From an uncultured delta proteobacterium (GTDB lineage Bacteria; Desulfobacterota; Binatia; UBA9968): DNA of 28,379 nucleotides. This document shows positions 8,141-16,261 of this stretch, in pieces. Location: contig CAWJBB010000071.1 in the NCBI GenBank assembly GCA_963840855.1, forward strand, positions 1-28,379, given 5' to 3'. The notes beneath the pieces were generated by a model. It was not told the origin of the DNA, searched no databases, and was given only the letters and a program-made list of their open reading frames with translations. Position 1 is the first letter of the stretch. Each line of letters opens with the position of its first letter. A program made the position numbers and the translations under genes.

Positions 8141-9511
8141 ATGATTTACGACTCTGAGCGCGGCGATTTTAAGATGATGCTTCTGGGCGACGTGATGCCT
8201 ACCAGGCGGCTGAGCGTTTTCCAAGAAGAGAGCTATCTCAAGCTGAAAACAATCATCGGCGACGCCGACGCGGCCTTCGCCAATCTCGAAACCGCGGTGC
8301 ACCGCTATCTCGAGGGGCACCAGAATATCAGCGGCGGAACTTATATGACCACCGAGCCGCACCTGCTGGAAGACCTCAAGTGGCTCGGCGTGAACTTGGT
8401 TTCCACCGCCAACAATCACGCCTACGACTACGGCGAAGAAGGCATCGTCGCCACCTGCCGCTATCTCGACGCCGCGGGCATCGTGCACGCCGGCAGCGGG
8501 CGTCATCTAAGAGAGGCGCGCGGCCCGGCATATTTGGACACGGCGCGCGGGCGGGTCGCGTTGATCGCGACGACGGCCACGATGCCCGCGCATTCCGTTG
8601 CGGGGGAACAGCGGCCGGACGCGCCGGGCCGCGCCGGCATCAACCCCTTGCGCCACAGCCTGACCCATGTCGTCGATGAACGGGGTCTTAATGAGTTGCG
8701 CCGTCTCGGCGCAGCGTTGGGATACGATGCGGCGGCCGAGCGGCGCAAAAATCTCGGCGACGCAAAATCGCGGAACGGCGCGGGCGATCAAAAAGAATAC
8801 TCATTCGGTTCCATGCGCTTCGAGCTAGGTGATGGATTTGCTCTCCGGATGGCGGTTAACAAGCGCGATGCCGAGGAAAATTTGCTGGCCGTCAAAGAAG
8901 CGCGGCGCATGTCCGATTGGGTGGTGGTGAGCCTGCACTGCCATGAACTGGGTGGCGCAAAATTGCTGACCGCCGCCCATCGCAGCGAGATCGATGAGAT
9001 GGCGGATTTCGTCGTTGATTTTGCCCACCGGTGTATGGACGCCGGCGCCGATATCTTTGTCGCCCACGGCCCGCAAGAACCCTTTGGCATCGAGCTTTAC
9101 AAAGGCCGGCCGATCTTTTACAGCCTGGGCACGACGATATTTCAACTGGAAACCCCGCAAGTCCTGGCGGAAGAAGCCTACGCCCGCTACGGTCTCGGCA
9201 GCAGCGCGGGTCCCGCCGATTTCGCCGATACGCGTTATCAAAACGACGGCGTCGGCCATCCCGCCGATCCGAACTATTGGAAGCAGATGATCGCCAGGTG
9301 CGAGTTCAGCGGCAAGAAACTTGCGCGCGTCGAGCTCTACCCGCTCGATCTCGGCTTTGGTAAACCGCGTTGGCAGCGCGGCCGCCCGGTGTTGGCGGAT
9401 GATAAGCTTGGGCAGGAAATTATCGACAAGGTCGCGCGCCTGTCTGCGCGCCGCGGCACGGAAGTTAAGTGGGTCGGATGGGCGCGGCGTAATTTTGGTT
9501 TAATAGCGTAG
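8141..9511 (+). CDS. CapA/PgsA-family metallophosphoesterase-fold protein
   Basis: GDVM, FANLE, ANNHAYDYG, VSLHCHE, AHGP, IELYKGRPIFYSLG; RBS AGGAG. A possible extra G near 9477 would make the native end ...WVDGRGVILV* at 9503. Confidence 0.9.
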   Translation: MIYDSERGDFKMMLLGDVMPTRRLSVFQEESYLKLKTIIGDADAAFANLETAVHRYLEGHQNISGGTYMTTEPHLLEDLKWLGVNLVSTANNHAYDYGEEGIVATCRYLDAAGIVHAGSGRHLREARGPAYLDTARGRVALIATTATMPAHSVAGEQRPDAPGRAGINPLRHSLTHVVDERGLNELRRLGAALGYDAAAERRKNLGDAKSRNGAGDQKEYSFGSMRFELGDGFALRMAVNKRDAEENLLAVKEARRMSDWVVVSLHCHELGGAKLLTAAHRSEIDEMADFVVDFAHRCMDAGADIFVAHGPQEPFGIELYKGRPIFYSLGTTIFQLETPQVLAEEAYARYGLGSSAGPADFADTRYQNDGVGHPADPNYWKQMIARCEFSGKKLARVELYPLDLGFGKPRWQRGRPVLADDKLGQEIIDKVARLSARRGTEVKWVGWARRNFGLIA

Positions 9512-9517
9512 GATTCG

Positions 9518-9670
9518 CTATGTCTTCCGCAATTTCGGATTGAGGACGTCATTGATTCCGTCACCGAAAAGGTTGACGCAAAGCACCAACAACGATATCG
9601 CCAGCCCGGGGAAGATCGCCAGCCGAGAATGGTTTCCACGAGGACCGATCTGGTAAAAAGAAAACCGATT
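9518..9670 (-). pseudogene. remnant of peptide ABC permeases: DppB/OppB-like fragment joined to a DppC/OppC-like C-terminus
   Basis: IGFLFTRSVLVETILGW (DppB-like ..GSVLVETIFGWPG), then in another frame LAIFPGLAISLLVLCVNLFGDGINDVLNPKLRKT* (typical DppC end, TAG at 9518-9520). Confidence 0.75.
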
Positions 9671-9707
9671 GCTGCTTCCCAGTGCAAAATTGCCGGGGAG
9701 TCGGAAA

Positions 9708-10418
9708 TCATTTTTTCGCCTGGGGCCGAGGATAGGTTTTCAAGCTGTGGGTCGCCCCGGTGCGTACCATCATCTCCGCGGTCTGAATGCTCGTCGCCAA
9801 CGCATCGAGCACCGGCACGTTGAGCTCTTTGCTGAATTCCGCCGCAGAATACTGCACGGGGACCATCGTCACGCCCATGGGAACGATGACTTCCGCGTCT
9901 GCTTTGTCGATCAGTTCGCGGGCCACCTGGAGAAAGCGGTCGCGCATGGCGCCGCGGTTTGCCGTGCTGTCGAGCAAGGGAATTTCGATGGCGCGGAAGC
10001 CGACGACGGAGTCTAACACTCTCCAGGCGTGCATTTGCTTGCGCATAAATGGAATGCTCGTGGTTTCATAGGCGATGACGCCGAGGCGGTTACTGAGCTG
10101 CACGGCCAGATGCAACACCGATTGTCCGGCGCCGACCACCGGTATGCGCACCAGGTTTCTCGCCAACTCGATTCCAGCATCGAGGGTGCCGAAAGGCACG
10201 ACTGCGTCGAAGCCATGGGCTTCGGCCTTTTGCGCTACTTCAGCGACCAATGGGCCAGCGGACAACGCGTTGATCTGCGCGTTGGCGCGCACGAAGAAAG
10301 TAGCCTTGATGACGTTGAAGGCGATATCCGTTCCCGGCGACGCGCACTGGAGCACGGCGGCGCGGCGCCGTTCCTGTTCTTCGGGCGGGTATTCACCCAT
10401 GACAACCATGATTTTCAT
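9708..10418 (-). CDS. Asp/Glu/hydantoin racemase superfamily protein lacking the catalytic cysteines
   Basis: KAEAHGFDAVV..LDAGIELARNLVRIPVVGAG, DKADAEVIV, LNVPVLDA; RBS GAGGAG. Confidence 0.85.
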   Translation of the reverse strand: MKIMVVMGEYPPEEQERRRAAVLQCASPGTDIAFNVIKATFFVRANAQINALSAGPLVAEVAQKAEAHGFDAVVPFGTLDAGIELARNLVRIPVVGAGQSVLHLAVQLSNRLGVIAYETTSIPFMRKQMHAWRVLDSVVGFRAIEIPLLDSTANRGAMRDRFLQVARELIDKADAEVIVPMGVTMVPVQYSAAEFSKELNVPVLDALATSIQTAEMMVRTGATHSLKTYPRPQAKK

Positions 10419-10488
10419 CGTGCTCTCCTCAGAATGTCGCTGCGCTAAAAACTAGTTACGGGAAGCGATGACGCATTGACTCCATAAG

Positions 10489-11541
10489 TTACTTTCCGCC
10501 AAAAATCTCATGAAACAGTTTCTGGTAATCACCGACCTTGTCGCCGATATCCGGATCGTTCACGTGGAGTTTCAGATTTTTGGGGAACCAGGCAGCGGCA
10601 AGTCCTTTGCGCGTCGGCTGCTGGCTTTCGGCAAGATAGATGCGCTGGCCTTCGTCCGAAAGCAAAAAATCCATGAACAATTTGGAAGCGTTGGGGTGCG
10701 GCGCATTTCTATTTATTCCCCCCGCAATGGTGTGGACGATGGTAGGCTCGAAGGCCACCCAATCCACCGGCGCGCCGGCTTTTTTGCTGCGCTCGATATT
10801 CTCGGCGTAGAGATCGATCGCCAAAGGCAGCTCTCCAGCCGCGACCAGGTTGACTAACAGAGTCGTACCCGAGCGCAGGCTGACATCTTGTTTCGCCAGC
10901 CGCCGCATGTACTCGATGCCCTGTTTCTCACCCTTAATTTTGAGGACGTTCACGAACCAAACGTAGGCGGCGTCTTCAAGGCCGAGCTTGCCTTTCCACT
11001 TAGGGGCGAGCAGGTCATCATAGGAACGCGGCACCTCGTTTTTCGCTACCAGTTTTGGGTTGTAAGCGAGCCCGTGTACCGCCATGTAAAGCGAGGTGTA
11101 AAAACCGTCCTTATCCTTGAATTCATCGCCAAACTGTTTTCTTTCCGGCGAGTCATATTTCAGCAGCAAGTTTTTTTTCTTGAATATATCGATGTACCAA
11201 TCGGTGGTTCGGACGATGTCAGCGGAATGCTTTCCCGCCCGGCTCTCGGTCTCGAAGCGCACCAGCAGTCGCTGGCTTTGAATGCGAAATTTTTTTGCTT
11301 GAATGAACGGGTACTTTTTCATGAAACCGCGGTTGATGTTCTCGTCGATCTCGCTGGAGCCGCCGCCGTACCAGTTCATCTCTCCCTCTTTCTTTGCGGC
11401 GTCAATGATGTCGGCGCTAGCCGCGTATGTCGCAGTGGAGCCAAAATACCATAGCGCCAGGACGGCGAGTGGAACGTAAAGAGTAAGTGCCATAAATAGA
11501 TGCCTCCGTTTAATTGGCCAGGGTTGCTGAGAACATAGCAT
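10489..11541 (-). CDS. ABC transporter extracellular solute-binding protein (Fe3+/FbpA-AfuA-like cluster)
   Basis: Signal peptide, AAKKEGEMNWY, YNPKLV..PRSYDDLLAPKWKGK, APHPNASKLFMDFLLSDEGQ. Start uncertain (11541 or 11493). Confidence 0.88.
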   Translation of the reverse strand: MLCSQQPWPIKRRHLFMALTLYVPLAVLALWYFGSTATYAASADIIDAAKKEGEMNWYGGGSSEIDENINRGFMKKYPFIQAKKFRIQSQRLLVRFETESRAGKHSADIVRTTDWYIDIFKKKNLLLKYDSPERKQFGDEFKDKDGFYTSLYMAVHGLAYNPKLVAKNEVPRSYDDLLAPKWKGKLGLEDAAYVWFVNVLKIKGEKQGIEYMRRLAKQDVSLRSGTTLLVNLVAAGELPLAIDLYAENIERSKKAGAPVDWVAFEPTIVHTIAGGINRNAPHPNASKLFMDFLLSDEGQRIYLAESQQPTRKGLAAAWFPKNLKLHVNDPDIGDKVGDYQKLFHEIFGGK

Positions 11542-11702
11542 AATGACCCTGATAGGTTCCACGATATTTTCCGGTAACAAAGTAACGCCAACCCGGCAAA
11601 GACCGGCAACGTGGGAAAGAATTCGCTTGACCATTCCCGTTGTATTCAACTAACTTCAGCGTAACCGGCCGGAATATCGGGGCGGGTGAAAAGGAGAAAG
11701 TC

Positions 11703-11855
11703 ATGTACGCTCTCTTGCTTAAAGGCGGTAGAGTTTACGACGGCTCGGGGCTGCCAAGTTATAACGCTGACGTTGCGGTTGCCAACGGCAAGATCTCCGA
11801 AATCGGCAGGCGCTTGTTTCAGTCGTTCAAATCGTTGAATAGGAAGACGGCTTAA
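11703..11855 (+). pseudogene. truncated N-terminus of an N-acyl-D-amino-acid deacylase-type amidohydrolase
   Basis: RBS AAGGAG and ATG 11703; MYALLLKGGRVYDGSGLPSYNADVAVANGKISEIGR, then it runs into a repeat and stops at 11855. Confidence 0.8.
11815..11840 (+). repeat. degenerate 9-bp tandem array (CGTTCAAAT-type)
   Basis: TGTTTCAGT CGTTCAAAT CGTTGAAT. Confidence 0.5.
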
Positions 11856-11928
11856 AGCGCAGATCGTCGGAAACGGTCCGTGAGAATCTGAATGAGCGGT
11901 TGGTTTCCCGCAGCGCGCTGGAGGCAGA

Positions 11929-12972
11929 ATGCAAAAGACTAAAGCGGTCGCCGTGGTTGTGTTTATGAGCCTGCTCATCGGCTTGCCTCGTGGAATTCAG
12001 GCCCAAGCGAACTTTTACCAGGGCAAGACGATCACCGTCGTCGTCGGTACGGTGCCTGGTGGACTGTATGATCTCTGGGGGCGCTTGTTTGGCCGGCTCA
12101 TGGGGAAACACATTCCCGGTAACCCGACGATGGTGGTACAAAACATCCCTGGTGGCGGTTCGATGGTTGCGGCCAATTATCTGTACGGCATCGCCAAACC
12201 GGACGGTCTCACCATCGGCATGTTTCAGACTCATATGTACCTTCAGCAAATGGTGAAACGCCCCGAGGTCAAATTCGACGTGCGTAAGTTCAATTGGCTC
12301 GGCTCCCAGGAAAAAGGCCAGATGATGCTCTACATCCGCGGCGACTCCCCCTATCGATCTATCGACGATATCATCAAAGCCAAGGAGCCGCCCAAATGCG
12401 GCGGCACGGGCTTGTCGGATCAAACCACTCTTTTGACCCGCCTGTTGGAGGAAACCATCGGCGCGCGTTTCACTCGAGTGCTTGGCTACAAGGGGGGCAG
12501 CGACGTCGATCTTGCCATGGAAAGAGGCGAGGTTGTCTGTCGCGCGACGCGCATTACCGTTCACTTTAGCCGCGAGCCTTTTCTCACTTGGGACAAAAAG
12601 GGGTTCGACCGGCATCTGCTGCAGGCCGGCAAGAAGCGCGATTCGCGTTTGCCGGACTCGCCGACGATTTTTGAACTGATGGATAAATATAAGACCCCGG
12701 AGATCGGCCGTCGTTTGGCCCATGTGCTTCTCGCCGGCGACGAACTCGGCCGACCTATGGTCGCGCCGCCGGGAGTGCCGCCGGAAAGAGTCAAAATCCT
12801 GCGCGAAGCCTACAACAGAGCCCTGAAGGATCCGGATCTCATGGCTGAGGTCGCTAGGTCCAGACTCGACATGGAACCCATCACCGGCCAGGAGATCGAA
12901 GCGCTTTACAAGGATTTGATGGAGCAGCCCGCGGCCGTTGTCGAGCTGGTCAAAAAACTCGAGGAGAACTAG
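11929..12972 (+). CDS. tripartite tricarboxylate transporter substrate-binding protein (Bug/TctC family)
   Basis: FYQGKTITVVVG..PGGLYD, HIPGNPTMVVQNIPGGGS, KPDGLTIG, APPGVPPERVKILREA; RBS GGAGG. Confidence 0.92.
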   Translation: MQKTKAVAVVVFMSLLIGLPRGIQAQANFYQGKTITVVVGTVPGGLYDLWGRLFGRLMGKHIPGNPTMVVQNIPGGGSMVAANYLYGIAKPDGLTIGMFQTHMYLQQMVKRPEVKFDVRKFNWLGSQEKGQMMLYIRGDSPYRSIDDIIKAKEPPKCGGTGLSDQTTLLTRLLEETIGARFTRVLGYKGGSDVDLAMERGEVVCRATRITVHFSREPFLTWDKKGFDRHLLQAGKKRDSRLPDSPTIFELMDKYKTPEIGRRLAHVLLAGDELGRPMVAPPGVPPERVKILREAYNRALKDPDLMAEVARSRLDMEPITGQEIEALYKDLMEQPAAVVELVKKLEEN

Positions 12973-12980
12973 CCTTCCGC

Positions 12981-13011
12981 AACGGTTTGAACGGCTGGAA
13001 CGATTGGAACG
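12981..13011 (-). repeat. 9-bp tandem array, inverted relative to 11815..11840
   Basis: AACGGTTTG AACGGCTGG AACGATTGG AACG. Confidence 0.7.
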
Positions 13012-13020
13012 CAACGCGAT

Positions 13021-13890
13021 TCATGCGCGTTGCTTGGCGAGCGCAAGGGAAAAACCTGGCCGGCGAATGAAAACTTGATGGCAGTCTTTTTTCTTGGTCA
13101 GTTCTTCGACCAGGCGGACTAGCGGTTGCGCGCCGTTCAGGTACTGGCGCGGCGCGCCGTCGGTGGCGAGCGCGTTGACGGCGTCCGGGCCGGCGTAGAG
13201 GCGCAACAAAAGTTCTTCGTCGGATACCGCAGCGCCGCCGAACTTCTTGCGCACGTCTTGAAGCGAGAGATCCGGTGGTCGCCAGTTCTGCCAGTCCGCG
13301 GCGCGGCCACGGTTCAGGATTTTGTGTTTGGCCTCACGTTCCATGAGACCGGAGGCATCCTTTCCCCAATAGCGCGCATCGGGGCTGCCGGTGACCGCGT
13401 GCAAAGTCACGTCTTTGTTTGGGTCCAAACCGTTGCGGCTGAGAAGCGAATAGATGGCGAAATCCGCGGAGCTGCCGTAGGAATTGATGGCGATATTTTT
13501 GCCTTTGAGCGCTTTGACGCTGGTGATCTCCGGTTTGGAGACGATCGCGTAGCCGCTCGACTTGGTGGTTGCCGCGACAATTTTTACCGGCAGGCCGCGC
13601 GCGGCCGCCCCGGCAATGAATGGAAGGATGCTGACATAATCGATCTCATTGGCGAGCAGCGCGCTGAGCATGAGATTAGTGCCCTGGAACTGGATGTAGC
13701 GGATACGCAACCCTTCTTTTTCAAAGAAGCCGCGTTCGGAGGCGACCCGGTCCGGGAGCGCGGTCCAGCTCGAGCCGCCGGTCCAGCCGATATTGATTGT
13801 TTCTGGCTCCGCGGCGGTGGCGACGGAAAACCATAAGACAATCAATAAGCTTAGAATGTTGAAGCCGGCGCCCGCGATTTTTGGCTTCAT
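13021..13890 (-). pseudogene. chimeric ORF: N-terminal part of a NitT/TauT (SsuA-like) substrate-binding protein fused in frame to the C-terminus of an unrelated protein, probably pyruvate carboxylase B/OadA-like
   Basis: Signal peptide, ERGFFEKEGL, ALKGKNIAINSYGSSAD, GLDPNKDV..GSPDAR. Abrupt switch near 13370 to YWGKDASGLMEREAKHKILNR..SLQDVRKKFGGAAVSDEELLLR. Confidence 0.7.
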
Positions 13891-13906
13891 CGATTCTGGT
13901 TTCTCG

Positions 13907-14650
13907 TTAACCCGCGGCGGCGGCCTTTTTTGTGGCAAGGCCGCTCAAATGTTTGTTGAAAAATTCCAAAGTCCGCGCCCAGGAGTTCCTATCGTGATCC
14001 GGCTTATAGCCGTTCCATCCGCTGCGGTTAAAGCCGTGGGGCGCCTCGGCGTAGAAGAAGAATTCATGCTCCTTGCCCAATCGCCTTAATTCGGCATCAA
14101 GCGTGCGCATTTCATCCGGCGGCGGACTCTTATCCAACTCGCCGAAGTGGCCCTGAATAGGACATGAAACATCGGCCGCAAGGTCCGATGGCGCCGGGCG
14201 ATCATTGCCCCACTTGGTGTAGATGCCGCCGCCGTAGAAATCGACGGCGGCTTTGAAGGACTTGCTTGCCGCGGCCATCAGGAACGCGATGCGCCCGCCC
14301 ATGCAGAAGCCGACGACAGCCAAACGCGACGTGTCTACGTTGCCGCAGCCGCGCAAGAAATTGATCGTCGCATTGACGTCACTGATCACATTGGTGTCGC
14401 GCCGGAAGTGTCTAAGATTCTCCGTTTCTTCCGGCGTATTGGGTTCACCCTCGCGGTGATAAAGCTGTGGCGCAATGCCGACATAGCCTGCTTCGGCGAC
14501 CCGCCGCGTCATTTCCTGGATGAATTCCCGCACCCCGTCCTTGTTCTGGATGACGACGATTGCCGGAAACGGGCCCACGCCGTCCGGTTGCGCGACATAG
14601 AGCCCCATGGGGCTATTATCGACCATGACCTTTTCCCAAGAAGTATTCAT
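13907..14650 (-). CDS. dienelactone hydrolase family protein
   Basis: GPFPAIVVIQ, VGFCMGG nucleophile elbow, FGELD, APHGF; RBS GGAGG before ATG 14650. Confidence 0.92.
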   Translation of the reverse strand: MNTSWEKVMVDNSPMGLYVAQPDGVGPFPAIVVIQNKDGVREFIQEMTRRVAEAGYVGIAPQLYHREGEPNTPEETENLRHFRRDTNVISDVNATINFLRGCGNVDTSRLAVVGFCMGGRIAFLMAAASKSFKAAVDFYGGGIYTKWGNDRPAPSDLAADVSCPIQGHFGELDKSPPPDEMRTLDAELRRLGKEHEFFFYAEAPHGFNRSGWNGYKPDHDRNSWARTLEFFNKHLSGLATKKAAAAG

Positions 14651-14818
14651 GAAAACCTCCAAAAGTTTTAGATGCTTTCCTTGCACTATTAGTTCGCTTC
14701 ACGGGACCATGTCAACCGGGCAAGGTTTGCGGAGGTTGGAGTATGAATATTTAGCCGGGATTGCTATGATACGAACCACCATTGCCGGTCTGGTTCGTAA
14801 CCGCGATCTGAAATATCA

Positions 14819-16255
14819 ATGAATTTTCTTTTCAAGGCAAATCTCGCCGCGACAACCGGCAAGCCCAGCTTCTTCCGAACGGCATGGCTGGTCTGCGCCT
14901 GCCTCGTGAGTCTAGCTTCGCTGTCTTTGGCGGCGTCTCCGTCCGCTCCGCCAGGCCGCCTGCCGACGCAATCCTTCGAACTTGCTTTCAAGGAGTACAA
15001 GCTCAAGAACGGCTTACGCGTCATACTTTCCGAAGATCACAGCGCGCCGACTTTCTCGATCTGTGTCACCTACAACGTTGGATCGCGGGACGAACGCATC
15101 GGGCGTACCGGTTTTGCCCATCTGTTTGAGCATATTTTGTTTCAAGGCTCGGATAATGTCGGCAAGGGCGAACATATTATTCTAGTTCAAAACAACGGCG
15201 GCAGGGCCAACGGCACGACGAATCCAGACCGGACCAATTACTATGAAACGCTCCCCGCCAATCAGCTCGAGCTGGGGATCTTTCTTGAGGCGGACCGGAT
15301 GCGCGCCCCCAATATCACGCAGGCTAACTTCGATAACCAGCGGCTCACGGTGCAGGAGGAACGGCGGCAGAGCTACGACAATCGGGCCTACGGTAAAACC
15401 TACGAGGCGATGATCGAGACTGCCTATGACAGCTTCGCCTACAAACATTCCACCATCGGCTCCATGGAAGACTTGAACGCTGCCACCCTCAGCGACGCAG
15501 CGGAGTTCTTCCGTACTTACTACGCGCCCAACAACGCGGTCTTATCGCTGGTCGGCGATTTCAAAAGCGAAGCCGCGCTGAAACTGATAAAAAAATACTT
15601 TGAAAATATTCCAGCGCAAGCGCCGCCGCCCGCGCCCGACGTCGCTGAACCGGAACAAAAAGCCGAACGTAGAAAAACTATCGAGGACAACTTCGCCCCG
15701 ACCGCGCGCATCGACATGGCCTACAAAATTCCGCCGGGTGATAGTGCCGACTGGTATGCGCTCAGCGTAGTCGGCCAAGTGCTGTCGCACGGCACGTCGT
15801 CGCGGCTGCACCAAAAACTGGTAAAGGAAAAGGAAATAGCTCAAAGCGTGTCCGCCGGTCCGGACGAACGGCGCGGGCCGTCGCTCTTCTGGTTTTCGCT
15901 CGGCGCGCGGCCTGGGAGCGATTTGGCGGTGCTGGAAAAGCTCGTTTACGACGAGATCGAAAGGTTACAACGCGAGCTGATAGCGGATTGGGAGCTCGAC
16001 AAAGTGCGCATGCAGCTCAGGCGCGAGCAGGCCCAGCAACTCTATAGCACGCGCCGCCGCGCCAACAGCCTGGGCCACTACGCCGTCTATTATGACAATC
16101 CCAACCTGATCAACACTGTCTGGCAGAAATACCAGAACGTCGAGAAGGGCGACCTGCTACGAGTCGCGAAAAAATATTTTAATGAAGGCAATCGAACCGT
16201 CGTTATTACCATGCCAAAGTCTAAAGCTGCGGCTGCCGCAGTAGACAACCGTTAA
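14819..16255 (+). CDS. M16B zinc peptidase (pitrilysin/insulinase family), catalytic subunit
   Basis: LKNGLRV, VGSRDE..GFAHLFEH (HxxEH), NGTT..DRTNYYE, VQEERR, YYAPNNAVL. Confidence 0.95.
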   Translation: MNFLFKANLAATTGKPSFFRTAWLVCACLVSLASLSLAASPSAPPGRLPTQSFELAFKEYKLKNGLRVILSEDHSAPTFSICVTYNVGSRDERIGRTGFAHLFEHILFQGSDNVGKGEHIILVQNNGGRANGTTNPDRTNYYETLPANQLELGIFLEADRMRAPNITQANFDNQRLTVQEERRQSYDNRAYGKTYEAMIETAYDSFAYKHSTIGSMEDLNAATLSDAAEFFRTYYAPNNAVLSLVGDFKSEAALKLIKKYFENIPAQAPPPAPDVAEPEQKAERRKTIEDNFAPTARIDMAYKIPPGDSADWYALSVVGQVLSHGTSSRLHQKLVKEKEIAQSVSAGPDERRGPSLFWFSLGARPGSDLAVLEKLVYDEIERLQRELIADWELDKVRMQLRREQAQQLYSTRRRANSLGHYAVYYDNPNLINTVWQKYQNVEKGDLLRVAKKYFNEGNRTVVITMPKSKAAAAAVDNR

Positions 16256-16261
16256 GAGTAA

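Noticed and set aside
11827-13014. 395-aa minus-strand ORF and other long antisense ORFs (e.g. 3523..4290, 13126..13836, 5663..6253)
   Set aside because: Shadow ORFs opposite well-supported genes in GC-rich DNA, with no family motifs
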